DNA from: Candidatus Omnitrophota bacterium
GTDB taxonomy: Bacteria > Omnitrophota > Omnitrophia > Omnitrophales > Aquincolibacteriaceae
Assembly: GCA_043821445.1 (NCBI GenBank)
Contig: JBDRCT010000034.1
Location: 2,210 to 66,209, forward strand
Reading direction: 5' to 3'
Length of the DNA: 64,000 nucleotides
A program made the translations under genes and the position numbers. Under the pieces are notes generated by a model. That model saw only the letters and a program-made list of their open reading frames with translations. It did not search any database and was not told the origin of the DNA. Shown here piece after piece: positions 1 to 8,773 of the stretch (positions are counted from its first letter, which is position 1; each line of letters begins with the position of its first letter).

Positions 1-677
1 TAAGAGACCACAGGCGGGAACTCGGCGCCGGTCAGGCGAAAGAGGATCAAAACAAGAACACCGCCCACCACGACCAGGGGCAGGATGAGATTGATCCTTT
101 GGCCGGCCGGCGATCCTTCGAGCATGGCCATCGAGCGTTCCCGGCGCAGGTCGAACCCGATCTTCGATTGTGGCAAAGGGATCTCCCAGGCCGCAAAGCG
201 CGCTTCCACATAATCCCGGAAGACCCGCAAAGCAGACCGGTTGATCAGCTCATTTTCCTCGCGCACAAGCGTCAGGCTGTTTCTGTAAAATCCGGCGTAA
301 GCCCGGGCGGCCTCTTCGCGCGCGCCGGCCCTCTCAAGCGCGGCCCCGAGCAATAAATAAGCCAGCCGGTTTCCGTCGAATTTTTCCGAGGCCTCCCGGA
401 GCAGCGGGATCGCGCTGTCGATGTCCCCCCGGTCCGCCAGGAGCAGGACGGCCTCCGCGGTCAGTTGGTAGGAATCGTTGATGCTTTTGACCCTGGAAAA
501 CCGTCTCCGCGCCAGTTCCACGGCTTTCCGGGCCGAGAGGCTGAGTTCCTGGCGGAACTCGGTCTGGTCACGGTCCCATCCCGGGGCCGGCCCGTCACGG
601 AACAGCTCCGGCTCTTCGCAAGCCGCGGCCCGCGAAAGCAGCACCATGAAAAGGATCAAAAAGGAAAGTTTTTTCAT
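1..677 (-). CDS. Exported/membrane protein with TPR-like helices (3' end runs off the window)
   Basis: Not in the ORF track. Manual translation from ATG 677 is open to the edge: MKKLSFLILFMVLLSRAAAC (signal or lipoprotein-like), then GDIDSAIPLLREASEKFDGNRLAYLLLGAALERAGAREEA (TPR-like), then a hydrophobic helix LILPLVVVGGVLVLILF. Confidence 0.6.
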   Translation of the reverse strand, partial: MKKLSFLILFMVLLSRAAACEEPELFRDGPAPGWDRDQTEFRQELSLSARKAVELARRRFSRVKSINDSYQLTAEAVLLLADRGDIDSAIPLLREASEKFDGNRLAYLLLGAALERAGAREEAARAYAGFYRNSLTLVREENELINRSALRVFRDYVEARFAAWEIPLPQSKIGFDLRRERSMAMLEGSPAGQRINLILPLVVVGGVLVLILFRLTGAEFPPVVS

Positions 678-742
678 CAAAAAGCCACCCCGCCAGAGGC
701 GGGCAAGCAGGTACACCAACCTGAAGGACTGCAAACGGGACA

Positions 743-2632
743 TCATTTCTTTTGGAGGTGAAGTTCTTTCAAGACCGACGCGGTGATCTTTTCGGGAGAA
801 AGGCCGAATTCGTCAAGCTGGGTGTCGCGGGAACCGTGTTCGATGAATTCATCCGGCAGGGCGAAGCGTTTGACCGGAACGTTGCGGAGGTTCTTTTCTT
901 CCAGGAACTCCAAGACCTTGGAACCGAACCCGCCCGCAGCAACATGTTCTTCCAGGGTGAAAAGGAATTTCGTTTTTTTGAGGGAGTCCAGGATCAATTG
1001 CTCGTCGAGGGGACGGGCAAAACGCATGTTCACGATCCGGGCGGAAACGCCTTCTTTCTTGAGAAGTGCATGCGCCTTGCAGGCGGTCTCCACCATGTTC
1101 CCAAGGGCAAGGATCGTCATGTCCTCGCCGTCAAAGAGCAACTCCCCTTCTCCTACCTCAAAGACTTTTTTCGGAAAAGCGTCGAACATCTTGGGGATGT
1201 TCGCCCGCGGATAACGGATCGCAAAGACCGACGCGTGGTTCAGGGCAAGCTCCATCATTTTTTCCATTTCATATTCATCGATGGGAGAAGCCAGCACGAT
1301 GCCCGGAACGGACCCGAGGTAGGCGAGATCAAAGATCCCCTGATGGGTGGCGCCGTCCGCGCCGACAAGGCCAGCGCGATCGACCCCGATCACGATGCTC
1401 TGGCGTTGCAACGCGACATCGTGCATCACGGAATCATGGGCACGTTGCAAAAAAGACGAATAGATGGCCACGACGGGTTTGAGCCCGCCCCGCGCAAGGG
1501 CTCCCGCAAAAGTGACGGCGTGCTGTTCCGCGATCCCGACGTCAAAAAAGCGCTCGGGAAATTCCTTCTGGAATTGGACGAGCCCGGTCCCCGAAGGCAT
1601 AGCCGCCGTGATCGCGACCACCTTGGGATTCCGGCGCGCGTGTTTGGAAAGAGCATCGGCAAAAGCCTGGGTGTAGGAGACGCCTGTGGCGTCGCTCTTT
1701 GATGACACGATCTCGATCTTTTCTCCGGTCTCCACGTCAAAAGGGCCGACGCCATGCCCTTTTTCCTCGTCTCTTTCCGCGAACGCACAACCCTTTCCTT
1801 TTTTTGTAAGAATATGAAGAAAACTGCAAGTGTTGAGGGCCAGCACATCGCGCAGGGTTTTGACCAAACCCACGACGTCATGCCCGTCCACAGGGCCGAA
1901 ATACCGGAACCCCAACTCCTCAAAAAGGATCCCGGGCACAAAAAGATGTTTCATGCCTTCGAGCGAAGCGTTGGAGAATCTCTTGAGACGCGGAAAACGG
2001 CTGAGTTGTTTTTCGACTTCCCCGCGAATGCGGTTGTAGAGGGGATTGGTGATGACCCGGTTGAGGTAACGGCTCATTCCTCCGACGTTCTTCGCAATCG
2101 ACATCTCGTTATCGTTCAGAATGATGAGCATGTTCTTCTTGAGATGCCCGGCGCTGTTCAGGGCCTCAAAGGAAAGTCCCGAGGTCATGGCTCCGTCTCC
2201 GACCACGGCCACGACTTTTTCATTTCCTCTTTTGATGTCACGCGCAGCGGCGAGTCCCAAAGCCTGCGAGATCGCGGTACCGGCATGGCCGACGATGAAA
2301 GGGTCATGCGCGTTTTCCCACGGGGCGGGAAAACCGCTCAGGCCTCCGGGCTGGCGCAGGGTGTTCATCCGGTCCTTGCGCCCTGTGATCATTTTATGAA
2401 CATAGGCCTGGTGGCCGACATCCCAGCAGATCTTGTCCTCGGGAGAATGAAGGACATAGTGGAGAGCGATCGAGAGCTCCAAAACACCCAGGCTCGCGCC
2501 CAGATGCCCGCCGGTCTTGGCCACGGATCCGATCAGAAATTGGCGGTACTCCTCAGCAACCTCCGGAAGTTTTTCCAGAGGCACCTGCTTCAGGTCCTGC
2601 GGGCTCTTTATTTGGTCGATCCAGTTTGTCAT
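743..2632 (-). CDS. dxs: 1-deoxy-D-xylulose-5-phosphate synthase
   Basis: GGHLGASLG, WDVGHQAYVHK, GDGAMTSG..EALN ThDP motif, FDVGIAEQHAV, DRAGLVGADGATHQG; 629 aa. Confidence 0.97.
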   Translation of the reverse strand: MTNWIDQIKSPQDLKQVPLEKLPEVAEEYRQFLIGSVAKTGGHLGASLGVLELSIALHYVLHSPEDKICWDVGHQAYVHKMITGRKDRMNTLRQPGGLSGFPAPWENAHDPFIVGHAGTAISQALGLAAARDIKRGNEKVVAVVGDGAMTSGLSFEALNSAGHLKKNMLIILNDNEMSIAKNVGGMSRYLNRVITNPLYNRIRGEVEKQLSRFPRLKRFSNASLEGMKHLFVPGILFEELGFRYFGPVDGHDVVGLVKTLRDVLALNTCSFLHILTKKGKGCAFAERDEEKGHGVGPFDVETGEKIEIVSSKSDATGVSYTQAFADALSKHARRNPKVVAITAAMPSGTGLVQFQKEFPERFFDVGIAEQHAVTFAGALARGGLKPVVAIYSSFLQRAHDSVMHDVALQRQSIVIGVDRAGLVGADGATHQGIFDLAYLGSVPGIVLASPIDEYEMEKMMELALNHASVFAIRYPRANIPKMFDAFPKKVFEVGEGELLFDGEDMTILALGNMVETACKAHALLKKEGVSARIVNMRFARPLDEQLILDSLKKTKFLFTLEEHVAAGGFGSKVLEFLEEKNLRNVPVKRFALPDEFIEHGSRDTQLDEFGLSPEKITASVLKELHLQKK

Positions 2633-2644
2633 GGTTTTCCTATT

Positions 2645-3463
2645 TCACGGAATACGTGATCTTAAAAAATCCGCCAAAAAGATAAGTTCTTTGGCTTCAG
2701 CGCCCAATCGTTTTGCTTCTTTTTTCGCCCGGCCGATAAGACCGAGCGCTTTCTGGGTGGCCGCCTTGATGCTCATCACCTTGCAATAACCGTCTTTATC
2801 CAGGATATCATCTACGATCTGGAACGCAAGCCCCAAGCATGCTCCGTAACGGGTCATTATTTTGAGCTTGCGCGGGGCAGCGCCCGCGGCGATCGCTCCG
2901 GCCATGGCACTGACACGGATCAACGCGCCCGTCTTAGAGCGGCTGATGAAATCGTGCTCCGCGAGCGTCTTTTTCCGTGCCGGAGCTTCCAGGTCCGCGA
3001 CCTGCCCTCCGATCATCCCTTGCGTCCCGGCGGCCTTCGATATTTCGCGCAGAACGTGGACGGCCCGGTGCGCGGGTTTGATCTCCGCGATCCATTCGAA
3101 CGCCAGGGTGAGGAGCGCATCGCCGGCCAGGACCGCGTTCGCTTCGCCGAATTTTTTGTGGCAGGTGGGTTTTCCGCGCCGGGTATCGTCATTGTCCAGC
3201 GCCGGAAGATCGTCATGCACGAGTGAATAAGTATGGATGAGCTCGATCGCCAGGGCCGTCCCCATAGCGTCCCGGGGCTTTCCTCCGCACGCCTCACAAG
3301 CCGAGAGTACCAGCACCGGCCGGAACCTTTTCCCGCCCGTAAAGACCGCGTACTGCATGGCCTTGTGAATGCTGAGCGGACGGGCTTCCCGGGCGCGCAG
3401 CAGGCCTCTCAGCTTATGCTCGATCATCCCCAGATAGCATTTGTAGTATTGTTCGTAGGTCAT
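2645..3463 (-). CDS. ispA: Short-chain polyprenyl diphosphate synthase (FPP/GGPP synthase)
   Basis: GGKRFRP, FARM HDDLPALDNDDTRRGKPTCH, GMIGGQ, SARM FQIVDDILD; classical xseA-xseB-ispA-dxs order. Start moved to ATG 3463 to avoid overlapping xseB. Confidence 0.92.
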   Translation of the reverse strand: MTYEQYYKCYLGMIEHKLRGLLRAREARPLSIHKAMQYAVFTGGKRFRPVLVLSACEACGGKPRDAMGTALAIELIHTYSLVHDDLPALDNDDTRRGKPTCHKKFGEANAVLAGDALLTLAFEWIAEIKPAHRAVHVLREISKAAGTQGMIGGQVADLEAPARKKTLAEHDFISRSKTGALIRVSAMAGAIAAGAAPRKLKIMTRYGACLGLAFQIVDDILDKDGYCKVMSIKAATQKALGLIGRAKKEAKRLGAEAKELIFLADFLRSRIP

Positions 3464-3473
3464 ATACGCTTTG

Positions 3474-3749
3474 TTAGGCCCCTTCACCAGAAACTTTTTT
3501 CTTTTTCGATCTCGGGGCCGGTTCGTCAGGGTCAAACGTCTCTTTTTTGAGCGACCCGTCCAGGGACCGGGTCAGAACCTCGATCTTCTTTTCCGTTTCG
3601 GTGAGCTTGGACTGGCAAGAGCGCACCAACCCGACACCCTCTTCGTATTTCTTGAGCGCCTGGTCAAGCGTCAGTTCCCCGCTCTCCATCGCTTCCACGA
3701 TCTTTTCAAGGTCTTCCAACGCTTTCTCAAATTGAAACTTTTCGGTCAT
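3474..3749 (-). CDS. xseB: Exodeoxyribonuclease VII small subunit
   Basis: FEKALEDLEKIVEAMESGELTLDQALKKYEEGVGL; overlaps the xseA stop. Confidence 0.95.
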   Translation of the reverse strand: MTEKFQFEKALEDLEKIVEAMESGELTLDQALKKYEEGVGLVRSCQSKLTETEKKIEVLTRSLDGSLKKETFDPDEPAPRSKKKKVSGEGA

Positions 3750-4996
3750 GGAATATCCCCCTTTTGGGTTATAGCAGAAACCTTCGAGACTAAAGAACCT
3801 TTATGAAGCCGGGTCCGTATCACATCCCCTTCCGAAATCTGCCGGACATTTTTGAGGATGTCGCCTTTTTCATTAAAACTCACGGAATAACCGCGCTCAA
3901 GGATCGCGAGAGGATTGAGTGCATTCAACCGGCCCATGATACCCTGAAAGACCTGGCTCTTGGAACCCATAAAGTTTGACACGCAACCTTCTATCCGCCG
4001 GCCCAGATCATCCACCCGTCCGGTAAATTGGTCCAGGAGATACCGCGGCTGCCGGAACGCCGCGCTTGAAGCAAGACCCGAAAGCCGCTCCTGATACCGC
4101 TCACAGATCCCGGTCACTATGAGATCCATTCTCTCCTTACGTTCGTGCAAACGGTCTTCAAGTTCGAAACGGCTTGAGACGATGAGCTCCGCGGCGGCTG
4201 AAGGCGTCGGGGCCCGAAGATCCGCTACAAGATCGCAGATCGTCCAATCGCTCTCATGTCCCACCGCAGAAATAACGGGGATCCTCGACCCAAAGATCGC
4301 ACGGGCGACAGGCTCCTCGTTAAAGGCCCAAAGATCTTCGAGACTTCCGCCGCCCCGTCCCACGATCAGGACATCGGCCTCTGCTTGCTCGTTCATCATT
4401 CCGACAGCAGCCGCGATCTCCGCGGCCGCGCCTTCTCCCTGCACTTTGACAGGGCAGAGCAGAACATGGGTCCCGCAGAACCGGCGGTTCACCACGTTCA
4501 AAATATCATGGATCGCGGCCCCGGTCGGCGAGGTGATCACGCCCACGATCTTCGGAAACTTCGGGACGGGCCGCTTCCGCTCTTCGGCGAACAGACCCTC
4601 CTTAGCCAATTTCTCTTTTAATTGCTGGAACGCAAGCTGGAGCGCCCCGATGCCCTGCGGTTCTACGCGTTCGATATAAAGCTGGTACTGCCCGCGCGCT
4701 TCGTAAATGGAAACACGGCAGAACGCGAGGACCTTGAGTCCGTCCTTGAGCTCGAACCGGAGTCCGCGCTGATATTGGCTGAAGAAAGCCGCCTGGATCT
4801 GTGCCGATTCGTCTTTGAGCGTCAGATAGATATGCCCGGAGCTGTGATGCTTGAAGTTCGAGATCTCCCCTTCCACCCAGACCGCGGAAATCCGGGATTC
4901 CAGGAGCAGGCGGCTCTGCCGGTTCAGCTGGCTGACCGTATAAATTTTTCTTTCCTTGCTATTCAAATCGAGATCGTGCATTTCTGCGGCTTTCAT
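3746..4996 (-). CDS. xseA: Exodeoxyribonuclease VII large subunit
   Basis: VWVEGEISNF..SGHIYLTLKD, VGRGGGSLEDLWAFNEE, ISAVGHESD, APTPSAAAE, LERGYS. Confidence 0.96.
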   Translation of the reverse strand: MKAAEMHDLDLNSKERKIYTVSQLNRQSRLLLESRISAVWVEGEISNFKHHSSGHIYLTLKDESAQIQAAFFSQYQRGLRFELKDGLKVLAFCRVSIYEARGQYQLYIERVEPQGIGALQLAFQQLKEKLAKEGLFAEERKRPVPKFPKIVGVITSPTGAAIHDILNVVNRRFCGTHVLLCPVKVQGEGAAAEIAAAVGMMNEQAEADVLIVGRGGGSLEDLWAFNEEPVARAIFGSRIPVISAVGHESDWTICDLVADLRAPTPSAAAELIVSSRFELEDRLHERKERMDLIVTGICERYQERLSGLASSAAFRQPRYLLDQFTGRVDDLGRRIEGCVSNFMGSKSQVFQGIMGRLNALNPLAILERGYSVSFNEKGDILKNVRQISEGDVIRTRLHKGSLVSKVSAITQKGDIP

Positions 4997-5011
4997 ACAT
5001 CACTCCAAATG

Positions 5012-5074
5012 GCGCAACGCGCAAAGCGCAACGTGAAAGTATTCGCGTTGAGCGTTGCCCGTTGTGCGTTGAGC
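5012..5074. repeat. Heptamer-periodic inverted repeat (GCGCAAC-type arms)
   Basis: GCGCAAC GCGCAAA GCGCAAC ... GCGTTGA GCGTTGC CCGTTGT GCGTTGA; the 19 bp at 5015-5033 are identical to 54750-54768. Confidence 0.85.
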
Positions 5075-5079
5075 GGATT

Positions 5080-5622
5080 TTAGTCGGTAATGACTCGATC
5101 CATCCTCACATCATGTATCTGCATCGGAACTTTTTTTACGATCTGTTCCCGGAAGCACAACCCGACTTTAACTGCTTTTTGGGCCTTCCGGAGAAGCCGG
5201 TCATAGTAAGCGCCACCCCGCCCCAGACGTCCGCCGCTTTTGTCAAAAGCCACGCCCGGGACAATAATGATATCCATTTGACGGGCCGGCCACTTCTTAC
5301 AAAATGCCCTGGGTTCCCTGATGTTGTAAGCGCCCTTTTTGAGGTCCCTGGAAAGTGAACGGACCCGGCACAATACCATGGATCTTTTCGGATCGATCCT
5401 CGGAAGATAGATCTTTTTATTTTTCAAAACCTTTTCAAGGAAGGGCCTTGTCTCAACCTCGGGTGCGATCCCATAATAAAGCGCGACATGCTCAGCTCTT
5501 TGAAAAATGGGCTCCCGGGATAATGTCCTGAGAATGCGACGGCTTTTCACATGCCGCGAGAGACGCGGAATATTTCTCCTTTTCTCAAGGAGTGCTTTTC
5601 TAAGAGAACTCTTTTCCAGCAT
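5080..5622 (-). CDS. ygfA: 5-formyltetrahydrofolate cyclo-ligase
   Basis: DIIIVPGVAFDKSGGRLGRGGAYYDRLL and HDVRMD motifs. Confidence 0.93.
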   Translation of the reverse strand: MLEKSSLRKALLEKRRNIPRLSRHVKSRRILRTLSREPIFQRAEHVALYYGIAPEVETRPFLEKVLKNKKIYLPRIDPKRSMVLCRVRSLSRDLKKGAYNIREPRAFCKKWPARQMDIIIVPGVAFDKSGGRLGRGGAYYDRLLRKAQKAVKVGLCFREQIVKKVPMQIHDVRMDRVITD

Positions 5623-5634
5623 GGATCAAGGGAC

Positions 5635-6093
5635 CTAGCGGGCTGCCGTCTTTTTTTCTTGTTCGAAGCGGGCTCGTTCCGCCTCGAGCTTTGCAGCTTT
5701 TTCATCAAGATCGGCTTGAAGCTGGCGAAGATTTTCTTTTTGGCGATCCATTTCCTCGGAGAACTTCTGGCGCTCGGCCTGGAAAGTCTTTTTTTGAGCC
5801 TCAAGTTCCCGGCTTTCGTCCTGAGCGGTGTCCGGACTGTTGAGGGTCTGCATCTTGGAGAAAATCTCTTCTTTGAGCTTTTCCAGCTGATCCTGTTTCT
5901 CACGGATCATCTGGACCTGCTGATCGCGAACTGCTTCCCATTCCGTCTTCAGCTTATCAAGCTCGGATTGCGGGACCGGCTCCCCGGCTTTCTCCGAAAC
6001 CTCCGCTGCGGCCTGGCCGGTTGCAAATCCCGCCGGAGACAAAAAAAGAACGGCCAAGATCCAAAAAAAAGCGGTCCTTTTAAATTTTCGCAT
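5635..6093 (-). CDS. Exported coiled-coil hypothetical protein
   Basis: Signal peptide MRKFKRTAFFWILAVLFLSPAGFA, then an E/K/Q-rich heptad region; GAAGGG RBS before ATG 6093. Confidence 0.7.
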   Translation of the reverse strand: MRKFKRTAFFWILAVLFLSPAGFATGQAAAEVSEKAGEPVPQSELDKLKTEWEAVRDQQVQMIREKQDQLEKLKEEIFSKMQTLNSPDTAQDESRELEAQKKTFQAERQKFSEEMDRQKENLRQLQADLDEKAAKLEAERARFEQEKKTAAR

Positions 6094-6174
6094 TTTCCCT
6101 TCTGCTCTTTCTCTTTGATTTGTCATAGCCGGGTTCGCGACGAATGGCACCGGTACCGTTCAAATTCCTGACAT

Positions 6175-7782
6175 TTAAACCTTTTCCTTTTTTAAAAACT
6201 TGCGGATCCGGATAAGCTTCAATCCTCGCAATTCAGAATCAAGCTCGGCCTCCTGCCAACCCTCAAGACTTTCCATGTCTGACAAAATCTTTGCGGTGTT
6301 TTCATACTGCCGCCATTCGGGAACTCTTTGAAGAAAAATAATATATACTTTATTTGGTATAACTTGGTCAATAATTTGTTTCAGATCTGACATTCCTTTA
6401 AAATCGACGTATAACTCGAACACGGGCGCGTTTCCATTCGCCATGCAAATTATTTGAGGAATAAACCCCCAGTCAGCTGCTATGAAAATCGCGCTTTCGA
6501 CGTGTTGGGCAAAAAACTCCGCCATCTGGGTATATTCGGGACTCCACTCAGGCGAGGTCTTTCCAGTCAAAAGAGATCGTTCTGTCGAGCTGAAGACAAT
6601 TATGCGATATAAAAAAAATACTGAGAGAACTATCAGAAAAAGCCAGCGCAGGATTTTTGTCAAAACCGTCCGCCTACCCCCTTTGTCGTAGAGCCCTGTA
6701 AAAGTTAAAGCCATTGCAACATATTGAAAGGGCGTGCCAAGGATCCAGTGGTAAACCCAGGTTGTTTGAGGCAAAACTCGGATCGCAACAGCGATAGCCA
6801 AATAGGCCAGCAAGGAAATACCGGCCCACTTGAACCACCGGCTGCTGTTCCGCGCAAAAACCCATAGACTCGCTATTAAACTCGAAATGAGTAGAATGCA
6901 TATACCTTCTACGCAATACAAGCGCCACCCCGTCTGGACACCACATATAATAGCTTTTACCAAGGCACCATTCCCAAGACAGAGGTACTTCCAAAAATAG
7001 GAGGCATGATCGCTCCAGGATAAACGAATGGAAGAATGCGCCACTGCGCTTAAGGAGAATAGCTTGTGTTCATGAACCCACGAATAAAGATTGACCGGGA
7101 TCAGAGGGAAACAACCTAAAAAATATCCTGCAGCACAAGCAAATAGGTGCGGAATTTTTCGGCGAGGCCCAGAAAAAAACATGAACATTAACAGCGGAAC
7201 CAGCAACACAACCGAACTCAATTTTTCATAAAGCGCAACACCCGCTATAACGCCAAGCCAAAATGAATTTGCGACATGGGGGACTCCCTTTATTTCTCCG
7301 CGAAGCCACACTCCGATGAACAAAAGACGGAGGGCTAGGATCAACGCAACCGATCCCCAATCATGTCGTGTCATTAGAAGAACACTAGGATCCAGAATGA
7401 CAAAAACAAAAAAAATAACAAGTCCCAAGGGAGGCCATTCCTTTCGAAGAAGCCAGCCGAAGAGGAATATCGCCACGCTCACAAAAAACACTCCGAGCAG
7501 CCTCCAACTCACCACCGAAAAACACGCCTTGAATATCCGCAAATAAAGACCATAAATGGTACTTTTGATCGCGCCTATGTAGGAATTATTAAATAGTGGA
7601 AAGTGTTGACGACCTATGGAAATACAAAAACCACCAAATGCATCTTTTGGGCTTTTAGCTAAAGAGGCGGGGGCCTGAAAAACTTCATCGCAATAAAGTC
7701 CTTGGCGCGAAAGCGCGATGCTTCCAGCACTAAGAAATAAGCTGCACGCAATCAGGGATATTATTACGTTGATTTTGGACAC
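6175..7782 (-). CDS. Polytopic GT-C fold glycosyltransferase (ArnT/PMT-like)
   Basis: 535 aa with many TM helices and an acidic GLYCDE motif after TM1; visibly more AT-rich than its flanks. Confidence 0.65.
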   Translation of the reverse strand: MSKINVIISLIACSLFLSAGSIALSRQGLYCDEVFQAPASLAKSPKDAFGGFCISIGRQHFPLFNNSYIGAIKSTIYGLYLRIFKACFSVVSWRLLGVFFVSVAIFLFGWLLRKEWPPLGLVIFFVFVILDPSVLLMTRHDWGSVALILALRLLFIGVWLRGEIKGVPHVANSFWLGVIAGVALYEKLSSVVLLVPLLMFMFFSGPRRKIPHLFACAAGYFLGCFPLIPVNLYSWVHEHKLFSLSAVAHSSIRLSWSDHASYFWKYLCLGNGALVKAIICGVQTGWRLYCVEGICILLISSLIASLWVFARNSSRWFKWAGISLLAYLAIAVAIRVLPQTTWVYHWILGTPFQYVAMALTFTGLYDKGGRRTVLTKILRWLFLIVLSVFFLYRIIVFSSTERSLLTGKTSPEWSPEYTQMAEFFAQHVESAIFIAADWGFIPQIICMANGNAPVFELYVDFKGMSDLKQIIDQVIPNKVYIIFLQRVPEWRQYENTAKILSDMESLEGWQEAELDSELRGLKLIRIRKFLKKEKV

Positions 7783-7929
7783 AAAAAAGAACCTAAGGGG
7801 GTTCGACTATATTCATGCGATCGCATTTTGCATCCCTTTACCATTTTCTGGAACACCTCCAACAACAAAAAAACAACATGCTGAACGGTAAAGATATTGT
7901 TTCCTCAAGAATTCGAAAGAAGCAGTTTA

Positions 7930-7956
7930 TTAAATTTTTCGCATTTTCCCTTCTGC
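7930..7956 (-). repeat. Direct repeat of 6080-6105 (decayed copy of the RBS and start of the 5635-6093 gene)
   Basis: TTTTCGCATTTTCCCTTCTGC is identical at 6085-6105 and 7936-7956; this copy has one extra T and reads ATG CGA AAA ATT TAA. Confidence 0.85.
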
Positions 7957-7970
7957 CTTCCTGCGCCTCT

Positions 7971-7979
7971 TGCTATAAT
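7971..7979 (+). promoter_or_regulatory. Extended -10 promoter element upstream of the tRNA fragment
   Basis: TGCTATAAT; a similar TGTTATGAT at 8101-8109 precedes the intact tRNA. Confidence 0.5.
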
Positions 7980-8001
7980 GCCAGCCCGTAGCAGGTCTTA
8001 T

Positions 8002-8075
8002 GCCTCCATAGCTTCCGCCTCGCCAGGGGCGAGGATGGATCCGTCCTCCGGATTAACCGGAGGCGGACAATTGGA
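8002..8075 (+). pseudogene. 5' fragment of tRNA-Arg interrupted by a 54-bp palindromic insert
   Basis: GCCTCCATAGCT [8014-8067 TCCGCCT...AGGCGGA] CAATTGGA; removing the insert gives a 19/20 match to the first 20 nt of the tRNA at 8126. Confidence 0.75.
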
Positions 8076-8125
8076 ATAACCTAGTTTCTCTTTTTTATCA
8101 TGTTATGATTTCGCTGATGTTTCGT

Positions 8126-8199
8126 GCCCCCATAGCTCAATTGGATAGAGCATCTCCTTCCTAAGGAGAGGGTTGCATGTTCGATTCATGCTGGGGGCA
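8126..8199 (+). tRNA. tRNA-Arg(CCT), CCA not encoded
   Basis: Acceptor GCCCCCA/TGGGGGC, D-arm GCTC..GAGC, anticodon arm TCTCC-TTCCTAA-GGAGA, T-arm GCATG-TTCGATT-CATGC. Confidence 0.97.
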
Positions 8200-8203
8200 T
8201 TTT

Positions 8204-8725
8204 TTAATATTTTATGAGTGAAAACACATCGCGGTTTTTCAGTTTTTGCCGCCCTTTCAGAAACTCTAATTCGATCACGAACGCGAGTTTCGTCACTTTG
8301 CCGCCGATGGCTTCCACAAGTTTTACAGCCGCGGCAGCCGTCCCCCCCGTCGCCAAGAGGTCGTCCACGATGACCACCTTCTCCCCGCGTTTCACCGCGT
8401 CCTGATGGATCTCAAGGATCTCTTCACCGTATTCAAGTGTGCAAGCAATACTCTGGGTCTTCCAGGGAAGTTTGCCCTTTTTGCGAATGGGCACAAAACC
8501 CACCCCGAGTTTTGTCGCAAGCGCTGTCCCAAAGATAAATCCACGCGACTCGATCCCCACCACCGCGCCGATCTTTTTCCCTTTTAGAGACCTTGCCAAC
8601 CGGGCAATGATCTCCCGGAGCGACTTCGCGTCCTTCAGGAGCGGTGTGATGTCCCGGAAAAGGATCCCTTTTTTGGGAAAATCAGGAATGTTGCGGACTT
8701 TGGCTTTCAACGTTTTCAGATTCAT
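8204..8725 (-). CDS. apt: Adenine phosphoribosyltransferase
   Basis: [35 protein letters not shown]. Confidence 0.97.
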   Translation of the reverse strand: MNLKTLKAKVRNIPDFPKKGILFRDITPLLKDAKSLREIIARLARSLKGKKIGAVVGIESRGFIFGTALATKLGVGFVPIRKKGKLPWKTQSIACTLEYGEEILEIHQDAVKRGEKVVIVDDLLATGGTAAAAVKLVEAIGGKVTKLAFVIELEFLKGRQKLKNRDVFSLIKY

Positions 8726-8773
8726 AAAAGCTCCTTTTGAAATAGTTGAACGGCTTTGAAAAAAGCGGAATAC

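Noticed and set aside
689-703. Short hairpin CCCGCC-AGA-GGCGGG, and a similar one near 9956-9984
   Set aside because: May relate to the TCCGCC/GGCGGA element but too short to support a call.
752-2659. Long plus-strand ORFs antisense to dxs, and similar ones opposite ppdK, glyS, aspS, glgC and btuF
   Set aside because: Shadow frames of well-supported minus-strand genes; no motifs or RBS.
5623-5640. 6S RNA, often found upstream of ygfA
   Set aside because: Only 12 bp separate ygfA from the upstream CDS; no room.
7797-7810. GGGGTTCGACT resembling a tRNA T-loop or att site
   Set aside because: No cloverleaf and no match to the 3' end of the neighbouring tRNA-Arg.
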